Part shown: positions 1 through 13,636 of the stretch, piece by piece | Numbering within the stretch: the stretch's first letter is position 1 | Layout: each line of letters opens with the position of its first letter | From: Paramecium tetraurelia | Lineage: Eukaryota | Assembly (NCBI GenBank): GCA_000165425.1 | Contig: CT868141.1 | Span: 1-64,000, forward strand | Direction: 5' to 3' | DNA: 64,000 bases | Program-made: the position numbers and the translations under genes | Notes under the pieces: generated by a model | What the model saw: only the letters and a program-made list of their open reading frames with translations | The model's database searches: none | What the model was told of the DNA's origin: nothing

Positions 1-3000
1 ATAGACATCAATAGCTAAAGTGACAATGAGAATTAATGTAAAACCACCTACATTAATCCACCCTAAAACTTCAGCTTAATTCTTGCTTTAATCAAATTTA
101 ATAATATCATAAACAGAAAAGAGTATTACATTAAGCATGATTAGAATTTCTGTGATGAATATTTTAATATTTTCATAACTGTTCTCGAAAGGTTGATAAA
201 TATAAATATAACAAGAAAATACTCCTGATAAACAAGCTGTAATTAGACTCTAAGCAGCCATAAGTCCTTAAAATACAACTAAATTACAAATAAATAATGT
301 TTTTTTAATCAGTAATATAGTAAAATACTATTTAGACCCTTATTAACCATTATTATCAATTCCTTCCACTAAAACTGATAATGTCTTTGGAACTTTGTCT
401 TTTTTGCATAAATAAGAAAAAAAGAATGCTACCAAACACATATTCACTAGTAATGTAATTAATGCTGCTAATGAAATGTTTCTATTTAAAGTAGTATCAG
501 TATTGTAATTTGCAATTTATAAAACGGAAGTAAAGGTTATTTCATAAAAGTTAGAAGTAAATATTCTGATTAATCCAGAGTAAATGAAATAATGATATTA
601 TTTTCTCGCTAACTTCTAAAGGGAGAAAATAAATCTGACAAGTTAAAAGAGGCTTTGTGATTAAATTTAATAAAATATAGCTGGCCAATTTTAGTATTTA
701 ACAAGAACAAGGAATTTATAGAAGATATATGAAACTACAAAATAAACAAATCCAATTATAATTACAGTGACTAGTGTTTACAAGTTATTCAAAAAGTAAC
801 AATTGATTTAATAGTATTCAAATTTCCATTTCCCTGGTATTATTGGAATTTCGAAATCAAATAAATCATGTAAATACATGTCTGTTTATAAGCTGTTTAT
901 TATGGGAGTAAAAGAGCCAATAGTAAAAATTTCAAAGTAAACTTACAAGTTTTCTGGAAATTGGAGATTGTGGAATTTCAAATATGATAATTATTAAAGC
1001 ATATCAAGGAGATTCCATAAAATTTCTAAATTGCCAGCCAAAAAAGCTACACCACTTACAATCAGGATGATATACATAACAATTCGACCTAGAAGAGCTG
1101 TTTTAGAAATAAGGGATTGATTCTCATTTGACATTTTGTGAGGAGATGATAATACCAACTTTGTTTCGTTAGAGACTAGTGTATTGTCTTAAGCATTTAC
1201 AATGTTCTCACATCTTAGCGTTACCTTTAACACAGGATTTGAAATGCTACTTTTAAAATAGACAAGTATCTTATATGATGCATCAGTCATTATAGAAGTA
1301 ATTGAGATCACGGGTTTGATTTCAACGTCATATTCGTCATCTTTAGCCCCCTCAATAACAATAACAATCATCTAAAGAAATTGCTCATCACTAATGTTAT
1401 TAATGTTCAAACGTACTTGTTCACTAAATGATAATTGGAATTCTTAATTATCTTAGTTTGTTTTTGTGAGCTTAGTAAGTATGATTTTAGGTCGAATACT
1501 ATAGTTACATACACTAACATTATTTTCCTATTAGCATTTCCAGTCGCTTTCAACTTAACAAGTGTCACTACATCCATCATTATTCTATTTATTTCCATCG
1601 TCACATTATTCTAGTTGCTATACAAGAAAACTATCTCCGCAAACAGTATGACATTAAGATTCGTTTTCTAAGTATCCCTTCTCGCAAAGTAAACATATTC
1701 CTTAGAAGCAATTGAGACATTTTTAATGACAAGAATAGGAGCATTAATAACATCCATCAAATTCAATCTAATTTCCATCATCACAAAATTCGTTTCCTAC
1801 TACATAACCGTCCCCACATATTGATTTACAAATACCATTAGACAATACCCAACCCTTCTTTTGACAATCTTCGCACACAGAGCCATTACAAATATTACAT
1901 CCTTATGGACATTGTATTTGACATTTATAACAACCATCATAAGGGAAATAATTACCATCGTCGCATTCTTCTTCTTTACTAGAGACAATGCCATCCCCAC
2001 AGAAATCAATACATTGATTGGAAAAACATTAATTTAGAGTATCATCCCAGATGCATTCTACATTTTCGCTATCTGTATAGCAGGCTTCTTTTATTTAGTA
2101 ATTGTGACAATGTTATTTTATAGTACATCCTCCTCCTTATTTAGCAGTGCAAGTTGAAATATACGCATTGCATTCCTAATATTTTGTAAGAGAAATTGAT
2201 GCTGTTCCACAAGTTTTTGTATAACATTTGTCATTAATCCAAACACATGGATTGAGATTGATATCAAATGTACAACCATCCATACTATTAGTATCTTCGC
2301 AAGCTTTTCGCAACACACATTGATATCCATTTGTCGCACATTTCTTGCTTTCGAATATTGAAGCACAAGCTGAATCTATAGCATAATTATAATCAAAGCA
2401 CTCTTTTATACGACAACCACCTTTTGAACAAGTAGAGAGAAACCCCATACATTCAGAATGGGATTGGGCAAGCGGAGGACCATTCTCGCATATCTTCTCT
2501 AAACAAATACTCCTGTCCTCATTCCAGAAACAGTTCACCCCATTTAAATTCATTTGCCCTTCACTTTTGCATTAATTATATGTGTATTTCATGCAAAAGG
2601 ATTGGCCAATCTCGCATCCATTCAAACTTTCATTTACGGTACAAGAATTCCCAAAATACTAATGACAACTATGTGCTGAATATAAAGGTAATTGTGCAGT
2701 TAAACAGTTCTTTATTGTACATTTATTTTAATCTATCATCCATTGGCATTCTACATTATTTGAATCAATTTCGCATTATTCTTTGATTAAATAGCTGCTG
2801 CAAACATTTAATTATTGGCATCCATCCAAAGTTGAATTAACTGTACAAGATTTTAACCTTGAGTTACATTGTTCATGTGTTGTATATGATGCTTACAAGT
2901 TTGAACATGTAAAGTTGACACATTGATTTAATGAGTCTTAAAAGTAGCATTCGTTTCCAAATTAATCTTTATAACATTAGGTTTTCTTTGCTAAAGAACA

Positions 3001-6000
3001 GGAAAATGGAAGGTCTACACATTGAATTTAATCTAGTTTAACAGTACAACTTTTATTTAAAAAATAGGATTCGCATTGTTAATGAGTGTTATTTGAAATA
3101 TTTGCTTGAGTGCAATCTTCTACGCATCGATCATCATTGCTATTCCACTAACAGTTAATTAGCCAACTATCACACTCTGCTTGATTAATCGAAGGTGTTG
3201 GTTTATTTGAGCATGTTTTCTCTAAACATACAGTACCATCCCAAAAGCAAGGGATACCTTATGAATTAATTGTAAATGAGCACAAGGGTTCATCAGAGTA
3301 TTTGCTACAATCACCAATTATTTAACAGACAAAACCATCCCAAAAACATTTTGTAGTAAAAATAGCACAGTCTGTACTAATTGTTAATATTTAACAATCT
3401 AGAATTTGACATTCCGCGTTATTAAGCGACATACAAGAATCCTTCCAACTATAACATGATAAATGTGTTAAGGTCATTAAGTAATGCACTGCTGCTTGAC
3501 AATAAATTATACAAGCGTTAGAATACCAAATACAGTCTATGCCATCAATCGTGCTTACACAAGCCTCTTAATATGTATATTCTGAACATTATTGTTTTTT
3601 GACTGTGCACTTTTAGCTCCATGTTATACTGATTGTCTATTCCACAGAAGAATTGTTGCAATCCTGATGTGATGTAGGTGAAGTCATGCTAGTTCCACTG
3701 CAATATTTAGAATTAGAACATTTAGTACTGTAAAGTGAACACCAATAACATTTTGTGGCAACTGGCTAAATATAACCATAACTGTTTTCACAATCAAATT
3801 AATTTGTAAACTCATAACAATATTTGTTTGTGCAAATGTATGACCCTTCCCCATTGTCAATCCATTTACATTTTTCGCCATTAGAAATCTTTGCTGAACT
3901 ACATATGGTAGAGTCCTTAATTTGACTACAATTACTAAAAGCACATCCTTAACCTAGAGTGTAATTTAATCTACAGAATGTGCTATTACTTAATAAGCAT
4001 TCCCGATTTGTCACTGCAGTTGTGTTAAGATCACAATTAACGTGATTTACGCATTTACCATCTTACCAAAAGCATGGCAGAGAATAACATTGTTAAATAA
4101 TATCAACTTTTGTACAATCTCCTGGGAAAGTTATACAACCACTAACACTCAAAACACAATTGTATTACCAATTAAAGCAAATTTCTTTTGAAATGGCATA
4201 ATTGGAAGTCAAATGCTCGCATTTTCTAATTTCGCAACGATTAGTTGATGAATTTCATATCCACACTTTCCAGTTTTCATTCTAATTATTCTGAGGAATT
4301 ACAAAATTACTGCTTCCTGCTAGCCGCATGAAGTCATTGATAAACAACAATCACAAGTTGTATCATATCTGTATGATGATGAATAGTCTTAACATTATCT
4401 CCTTTTGTCTGTGATGGTCGCTGAAGAAGTAAAGGTATAGTTTTTTTACGCTGTCTATATGGCGCATTAATTATTGCATTCAGGACATGAATACTAAAAG
4501 TAACATAATTATCCAGACTGTGTTTTCTGACCATCACAATTACTATAAGAAGGATATTTGTACTAACAGCTAGTATCGTAACGACATTTATCTGAAAAGT
4601 TACAACTATAATTATTTCTCATAATGGCATTGTTGCAAATCGTATTCGATAAATCATAACATGAATACAGAGAAAAGCATCCTTACCCACTTGGTTGAAG
4701 TACGCAAACGGTATTATATAATTAACAATACTCATTACTTTTGCTTTCAGTGATTACCTCACATTTCGATGTTGATACCCCCTAACATTTAGAATTATAA
4801 TAATAGCATTTATCATCCTAAGTTGTAAGAGTTAATTTACATATCACAGAATCTGTAATATTCCTACAAGATGAGGGTCTATTTTCACAACCAGGCCCAT
4901 AAGTCCCATTAGACTTAATTTTCAATTAACATTAATTAAACCTCCTGAACATTAAACATTCAGCCTCAGTTTAAGCAGTTGTATTATCAGCACAAACTCT
5001 ATCCTTGCATTTTTAATTCAAATTATCCCATTTGCAAGGTTGCTATTAATTAGTGATCTCGCATTATTGTTTATATAGATACTCACAATTCGATGCAAGA
5101 GGTTAACAGGATTTAACAATATTATTTATTGTGCATTTAGGCGAGAATTCTTAGCAATCCTGGTGAGTTACGTCTCCATAAAGTCTCTTATGACAATCAG
5201 CAACTCCATCATTATCTTAGTCCTCATTCATACACTTTTGTTCTTTATCATCCCAATAACAAAATAAGCCATTTAGAGTGGTCTTACAATTCCTTTCCCT
5301 GATGAACCCATCACAAGTTGCTTTTTTTATTTCGCATCCTTCAGCACTAAAGGAGGAAACTACAGTACATTTAGGATTCCATGCATTGCATTCCTGATGA
5401 TTATCATACATGCTAATGTTTGGAGAAGATGAACAACTAACTGGATCGATTCGGTCTTTGCATCCACCCAGAAGATGATCAAAAATACAATTATTAAACC
5501 AGCTGTTACATTCAACATTATTGGTGTAGTTTATTTTAGGAGCATCTGAACATTATTATTTCTTACAATAGGTCCCAGTCCAAAAACACTTTGTTTAATC
5601 TTATAGATTCAATTAACACTGTTATTGACTTACCATTTTAGTGCAATTAGTTGGCCATATTTGACATCCAACTCCAGAAGGTCCTAAAATGCAAGGTCCA
5701 GATAACACCTTAAATGAATTGCAATCCTCATTTGTTAAATACAAGCTAGGATTTGCATCAGTGCAAAGTTGATCTTAACATTTCTTACTACTTTGATCCC
5801 ATTTACACAACAATCCTGAAAATGTAGTGTAACATTGATCTTGAACTGAGAGTGTGCAAGAGCTCTTTTTATCCATGCACCCAATCAGGATTTTTTAATT
5901 TGATAAAATTTATACATTAACTGTACATTATGGCATCCACCCTTCACATTTTGAATTAGTATCATAAGAACTAGGAGCAGTTTTGCATTTCTTCTCTACG

Positions 6001-7428
6001 CAACCTTAATTGATTGTGCAGACTGTACCAGTAGAGTCAATTGTACAATATTCTATCTCCAAAACATTTTCACATAAGTAATCTGTACATCCCAAAGTGT
6101 CTAAATTAAATGTGCAATATTAACTTGCCATTTAGCATATTTTATGATTTTTATAATTTGGCAATTTCAATTTCTTACATTCTAATAATTCACACTTACC
6201 ACCAAGCCCAAATGCACCTTTCTTTGTTAAAGTTTAATTCGCAAAACTATTTCTGCAGTATCTCTTCGCATAATTATGGAGTCGTCTAACACCCTCCATT
6301 TAATTTCCCGATACAATTTCCATATTCTTTACAATCTGTGTAAGTATAATGAACTGGAGCATGATAACACAATCTTTTTTCGCATTTTCCTTTATACCAC
6401 ACACAATCTTATTATTCTAATGATTTGCAATCCGTCTCATAAACATAACCATCACATGTTTAAGGTCTAATTTTACATCCTTTGTTTTCTGAAGTAACAC
6501 AATCTAATTGATTGTCATAATCTTAACATTATTGATAATTCGTAAGAGACTATGGGGCAGTGCTGCAGCTCTTGATTTTACATTTATTTTAATGATATTC
6601 ACATTTTTTACCCGAAGCATCTGTTCCACAAGCCAATTTATTCTCAGCATCTTCACACTACTTCCTTGTTACACAATGAACTCCATTAGTTGTACATTAG
6701 CTTAAATACAACTTACATTCGTAATCCTAAGAAAATGGTAGATTTTCACACACCTTTTCAACACAATTATTACTTTTTGAATCCCAAAAACAATTTAGTT
6801 TTTTTGATTTACTTTCAAAGCATTAAAAATTATTTAAATATTATGTACAAGATTCCATTTACTCTATACATCCGAAGCCCTTGTCACTTATGGTACATCC
6901 ATCTAGACCTGATTTACATGTCTAATGATCAGATAAATATAGAGGCAACTCCTCACACATTGTGACATTTCTACAATTTTTCTCTAATCCTCCAATCCAA
7001 ACACAGTACTTGCCGTGTTAATTTTTATTAGCACATCCGTTCTCAGTTGTATAATCACTGCAATCTTAGATTTCCACACACTTTGAACCATCAGAAACAC
7101 ATTTATATGACGATTCTTAACAATTATCTTTATCGAAATTCTTGCAACCCAAGAAATCTATGCATTCACCAAAGTAAAAACCACATTACTCTTATTATCT
7201 GCAATCTTCTTACGCATAGCTTTTGCATGAATTTTAATTATTTATCTCTGTATTGTAAGATTGGTTGACATTTAAAATACACTAATCATTCCACCAAATG
7301 CAAAATCCAGAGTTTTTGCAGTCTTTTTAATTTTAAACATGGCCACAAACACATCTTTTGGAAATCTCTAAACTCCTTATTATACATAATTGGAGCAACA
7401 AAAGTATATAGTGCATAATGAAAATCAT
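1..7428 (-). CDS. Giant cysteine-rich surface/receptor-like protein (surface-antigen-like Cys repeats, CGDG Cys-rich repeats, multi-pass TM C-terminus); 3' end runs off the window; two apparent frameshifts (pseudogene or sequence errors)
   Basis: Code-6 translation from ATG 7428 gives the signal-like MIFIMHYILLLLQLCIIRSLEISKRCVCGH, then many C..CFWD..C periods, CGDG motifs near 1.6-2.0 kb, and hydrophobic helices (LWNSLDMLQQLSYLKFH...) below about 1.1 kb. Frame changes are seen at about 6208 and about 4257. Confidence 0.8.
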
Positions 7429-8169
7429 TTAATTCTTATTTAAAACTAATTAAATATCTTAATTTCAATATTTCATTTCCATTCTTCTAAGGAATAAAAT
7501 GATTTTTCAAATCAATTCTGATGTAGGAATCAATATTATATCATACGAAAATTGAAATGTATATTAAAATTCTTTATCCTTTCAATTAGATTGTATTTTA
7601 TTTACTAATTGAATTGAATTGAAATTCAACGAATTTATGAATAAGAAAAAAGTTGTATGTAAAAAAAAAGTTTATTTAAGAATAATTTGAAAAGGTTTTG
7701 AAATAGATTGAATATTTAACTCATGTTTGATTTCAATCACTTTTTTAATTGATATTTACAGAATGAAATGTTATAGAAAATTCATTCTAAACTTTTGAAT
7801 TAATTTATTATTATAAATTAATTCACTAAAATAAAAAGTAATCAACCTGGAAACTTGAACTTGGAACTTTCAGGTTTAAGCAACATTTTCCCTCCAAACT
7901 ACTTGAAATGGAATTTGTTATTTTTTTCTCATTCTTCAATCAATTTGAATATCTAGAAATAAATAATTTGAGATATCACTTTAGAGTTGTTTTTTATTAA
8001 ATTTCAAGTATAATGTTGGATGCATTTTCTGGATTGTGATCAGCGACCTTAACTAAGAATTTTGAATAGTTACGATTTTAAGTTAAGTAAACATAAATTA
8101 GAATAATATCTTCACCATTTTCTTTTTTATAATAAAACTTGTAATATTTTTTGGAAGACCTTAAATTTC

Positions 8170-9527
8170 TTTATATAAGTATAAAGAGGAGTGATATTAA
8201 TCATTTGTAAAAATAAAGATTCAAAATAAACTACTTAATTAAAATCAATGTTATGCTGTAGAACCAAAAAAATTCCCTTGTTAAAAATTAAAATGCCACA
8301 CAGAAGAGAATGAAAATTTTAATTTAAGTTGATAGATGAGTCAAACAAATAAAGTAGAGGATCCTAAGGAATAGCCTTTAATTCAAACGGCATTTTATTA
8401 GTAACTGATGATTGGAGAAAAAACTTTTTGGAGCTTTACAAAAGGGATAATATATTGAAAAGTTTAGTTAGTTTCTAGTAAAATAAAAAACTTATCTATT
8501 GACTCTGATTGCGCTTCTATTAGAATATGGAAGTAGTAGAATGACAACGAATAGATTTTCTGATCCATAAACTTAGCATTAGATTGCAATATTATACTTT
8601 TCCTTAAATGAGTAGTAAGAGGTATTATTAGCTGGTGGTGCAGATTTATTTTAACAGCATGAGAAGTAGTTTTAAATCTGAATTAAGTAATCTATATTTA
8701 ATCTTTGCAGAAACATACATTTGATCTTTTACTCTAGTTTGGATTTTTCTGAAAATTAATTGGTGTCTTATGGTTAATAATCATTATTTGGTAAAGAAAA
8801 TATGAATAATAATGTATGTTATTATGGTTTCTAAACTTTAGAAGAAAAATTAACGAAATAATAATCATGTATAAACAATTGCTCTAGTTAAAGATGATTC
8901 CGTTTTTATTTGCAAATAAAGTTAGCAATTGCAATAAATACACTTGTGATTACATGCCAACCTAAACTGAATGTGAATCTTAAATAAAAAGTAAAAGGTC
9001 TTATTTCTTAAATAATTCCTGTATTTCTACTAATGATTGCTCAAAAATACCAATATATAATAAAGCCTTGTTTTTTTTTTCTGGATTAATTAAATGGTGT
9101 AATTCATATAAATTCTAATAGAAAACAACTATAATTCTTTAAATTTCGTCATTAATATTTTAATTTGGAAAAATATTTTCAGGTAGTGTTTGAGACATTT
9201 GAATCCCTAAAATATTAAAAACCATAAGTTGGCAGGGACTTGACAACGAAAAAACATTAGATTTTCAAATAAAAAAAAAAATTGGCATTCTCAAATCTTA
9301 TAAATTTAAATTAAATTGCTAATTAAATTATTGGTTAGAATATGAATGGGATTTTGTTCTATAAAACTATGTTGTCCATAATTTAGAATTAAATTAAAAT
9401 TTTATATCATACTGAAAAAAAAAAAAGAACAAGCTCAACTTATAAGTGATCAAATCTGGAATAGATAGTTAATAGCCCTTAGTTAAGCCTTCCAACAGAT
9501 TCCCTAGGCATTCTCTCTATTCTAGGT
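8170..9527 (+). pseudogene. Degenerate WD40-repeat gene relic, running into the telomeric tract
   Basis: Fragments IAFNSNGILLVT, ASIRIWKQQNDNE and SLQKHTF...SENQLVSYG resemble Paramecium WD40-family blades. There are many in-frame TGA and frameshifts, and the boundaries are uncertain. Confidence 0.5.
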
Positions 9528-9628
9528 TTTGGGTTTGGGTTTGGGTTTGGGTTTGGGTTTGGGTTAGGGTTTGGGTTTGGGGTTGGGGTTGGGTTTGGGT
9601 TTGGGTTTGGGTTTGGGTTGGGGTGGGT
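9528..9628 (+). repeat. Telomeric repeat tract (TTTGGG/TTGGGG mix), G-strand on +
   Basis: About 17 hexamer-like units, mostly TTTGGG with some TTGGGG and one TTAGGG (9564-9569). This matches the mixed Paramecium telomere type. Confidence 0.95.
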
Positions 9629-9778
9629 NNNNNNNNNNNNNNNNNNNNNNNNNNNNNNNNNNNNNNNNNNNNNNNNNNNNNNNNNNNNNNNNNNNNNNNN
9701 NNNNNNNNNNNNNNNNNNNNNNNNNNNNNNNNNNNNNNNNNNNNNNNNNNNNNNNNNNNNNNNNNNNNNNNNNNNNNN
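9629..9778. other. Assembly gap (150 N)
   Basis: Run of N directly after the telomeric tract. Confidence 1.
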
Positions 9779-12700
9779 ATCATAAAAGATTGGCGAGATT
9801 ATCGATAAATGATGTGATTTTATTCCCAATATGCGCTTTCCCCTTTAAAATGAAGGAGATGGTCAAACACTTCAGCCCGTCTAGTGTGAACCTCGAAATA
9901 CCTATGGCTGTCTACAATGTTAAATGATTCAACATATTAAATATGTTTATTAAATACACTAAAAATAAAAAAAATTCAAGAAAATTGTTTTGAATATAAA
10001 ACACATGAATTTTCTCTTTAAATTATTAGTTCTATTTAGATTATTGGCATCAGGTTTTTATTTATTGATCAGATATTTTCATCAAATAGAATCACAGTAT
10101 CTTAATATTAGATTATAATGATATTCATGTTTGCACGATGGACATAAATCTAAATGATAAATTATTATTTTTAGAATTTTTTGCATTCCATTAAAACTGA
10201 GTCCTGAATGATTTTGAATAGCATTGATCTTACACATGTCTCCAAGCCAAATGCACCTCCAAATATATTTATTGACAACTATGTTTTCCAATATTCTTTT
10301 TATGATTGGGGGTTATCTCCCTTGACAACTCTCGATTTATGAAAATCTCTTTAAATATAATAAATCGTAGTATATGACATTATCACAATTGCCATTTACT
10401 ATGATAATAGACATAATGTTATTATTCTATCTAAGCTTCTTCCACATCGCCGAATTTATTCTAAGCATCACTCCATTATTTCCTTATCAAAAATGAATTC
10501 AATTATTTGTATAACACATCAATCAAAATACTTTACCTAACCGTTCTTAACGCTTATCTTTATTTAATATGCTGCAATCTAAAATGCTAATACAAAAGCA
10601 AAATAAAAACCGCAATACCCTTACTCTAAATGTTCTTCTGATACAAGCCTCTTGGTTCAAATTATTAATCTAGGTCTTGTATGATCATCTGTACTTTAAA
10701 TTAGAATATTCATATAACTCCTTATTTAATCAAGTAATTTTGTAATTTTCCTTTTTTGAAAGTTAATTGATTGATTCACCAATATTTTTTAGTTATGTAT
10801 TTTACATTAAACGTTAATTTTAAATACATTTAATTAAAAAACAAAAAATCATCAATCCAGAGTTTCGAACTTGAATCTTGCTTTCCTCTCCTTTTCAAAG
10901 CAGAGTGATTAACACTTGTATATTAATCTTCTTAATGAGCACACAATGCTAAAAGAGGGTTCTCAAAAATTGCTATGTAATGAATTTAAAATATAAATGA
11001 ATATATTATTTAAAAATTTATCTAGAAGTGAGAGAAATTTTTTTGAAATCTCTTGGATTTTTCTTTCTTATACAAAAATAGGTTTGAATAAAAAAATAAG
11101 TTGGAATATGTTAAATTTGAGGATACATTATCTCAATAAAAATTTAGAGGAGGCTGAAGAGCTATGAATTGTATAATTAAAATTTTAAATTAATAAAATA
11201 TAATTTATCACAATTATTAATTTGAACCTAAAGGATTCTAAATCTTATTCATTAAAAATTTTCATTTTTGAATTGAATTGTGAATTATAAAATCGAAATG
11301 TAAACTAAAATTACCTATACCAAATTAATGAAATTTTTTTGTTTAAATATTTTCACATTAGGAAAAATTGAATTTTTTTATTTAAGAATAATTCAGACTA
11401 AAAGATTTACAATTTTAATTACAAAGAATAAGTTCAGTTGAAATTCCAATTTTATCATTGTTTTTTTTCAATTAGACATTTTTAACTATAACAGTTTTTT
11501 CTTTTCTATAATTTTTCAATGATGTCTACTACTTTGGTTTATAAAGATATTAAGAGTATGTTTTTTAATTACTATTTTTTTATACTTTATTTCTAATTAA
11601 TAATAATATTTTCTAGTAAGTTCTTGAAAATGATGTTTTTTTTTCTTGAAAAATTTTATTATTGGCATCTAATAGGGGATGAATTTGTATTTGTGATCAC
11701 CAACCAAGATAAGTCTAAAGAGCGATGCTGCATTCACAAGAAGGCTTCATAATTTTTGTTAAGATTATTTCCCTAATTTCAAATTGAAAAGTAACAGCTC
11801 ATCTATACATTTTAAATGGATAGTTAGGTTTTAGATATTTTTTATTGGTACGTACCCATAATTAATAGAATATAAGTAAATTTACAACAGAATTCAACCA
11901 AACTCTTTTGAAAAAAACTGAGGGAAGATACCTATTTCAATTAATGATAGATTGCACTAAGTACAAATTTAAAATGTTTATTAATTTTGTTGAGGAAAAG
12001 AATTTAATATTGATTTACTTTCTTACTATAAATATGTATGATTTGCAGAACATTCAACACAAGTAATATTATATAACTTTAAAAATAAAAAATGTTTTAT
12101 AGAAAATCAATAGATATCATTTTTTCACAACAAAAGCATTATGCATAATAAGTCTCTTTTGGATTAGCAGTTCATGGAACCTATTGATCTCATAGAATCA
12201 AATTGAAAAAAAAAACTTTTTCTTTTAAATTTCGGTTTTATATCAAATTTTGAGCATTCCAATGCTGACCAGTTTAAACTAATCCTTTAGATTAATCCTT
12301 GACGTAATTCAAAGTTGGTTTTCCAAATTATCAATTAGCATTAATGATTATCTGAATAATAATATTGTGTTATATTTTTCATTAAAATATTATTTTATTT
12401 GATGAAATAACAACAATTCGAACCTTTTGCTTCCTATCTGGAACTTATGACATCAAAACTAGTCTTAAACATTCAGTAATGCCAAAAAAAACACATTTAA
12501 AGAAGATTTATTATTGTAAAATAATAAGCAAAGAAGATCTCTTATTCCATATTAAAGCTAGCCTTCTTCGCCATCCAAAAGTGAGAACATTTAAATTAAT
12601 CTTCTTCTTTAAGGTTTCGATCTAAAAAATCGTAATTTTATAACACTAAACATAACAATAGAAAAATTAAAATGTTACCATAACTGAAATTTCATAACCC

Positions 12701-13636
12701 ATAAAAATCAAATAAAATTAATTAATATCCTTGATTAGATTTTTTGATCACCTTGGCTATATGAATATTATGAGGAGTTAATTTTAACTTATGATTTATT
12801 AGATGTATCCAAAAAAAATGATTGATACAGAAAAATTTAGTACTTAGATAAAGAGAATTATTTAAATTCAAGTCCAAATGTAAGAAGATTTCAAAAGTAA
12901 ATATATTCAAGCACAGCTTTATTATAAATATTAATTTACAATATATATTAACTATGATATGTATATTTTAAACTTTAATCAATATGTTTAGAATGATAAA
13001 GCGAATTGAATGGTTATCAAATTGTTTTTAGAAACCTTCAGCGTCAATATATGTGATTTTTCAGGTATAATTCCTTCTTGAAACCTAATTATTGCAGTTA
13101 CGAAAAAGGAAACTACAGGATATCAATAAACGACTCAAATCCTCCTCATAATTTTGATTATTGAATGTAGTGTAAAACAAAACATCCACAAAACTATGGA
13201 ATTTGATATCACCGATTACTCTGGATGAGCTTAAACAGGACAGGGATTTAAATCAATATGTATTGAATTATTATATTTATCAATATCATTCTACAATGAC
13301 TACAAGTTGAGTAGCTATTTAAATGAGCGAGTACCTTAAATTAAAAGCAAAGGTTATGAAGGTTAAATATATTGTGAACTAAATAGCACTTGGCTACATT
13401 GGTAATTTTAAAAACAGTGTATCTCCTTACAAACGAATATTTTTCAAATTTTTTTTGTAAATATTTTGCCAAAATTTTTTGTTTGTTGAGATCGTAGATA
13501 TTTGTTAATTGAGTTCATAATTGATATCGAATACTCTTTTCAAACAATAAAATATATAAAGTGTGTTTTTTCTTACCCCCATCAGATTTTGACTATAAAT
13601 AGAATGAGAGAAGTCTAAAAAATTCAAAAAAATAAA

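Noticed and set aside
7844..7877. Short inverted repeat aacctg…caggtt enclosing gaactt triplets upstream of the giant surface gene
   Set aside because: The arms are too short to be distinguished from chance, and it is not a proper HSE.
9479..9927. ORFs with PNPNPN / TQTQTQ / GLGLGL repeats in the ORF track
   Set aside because: They are translations of telomeric hexamers and the N gap.
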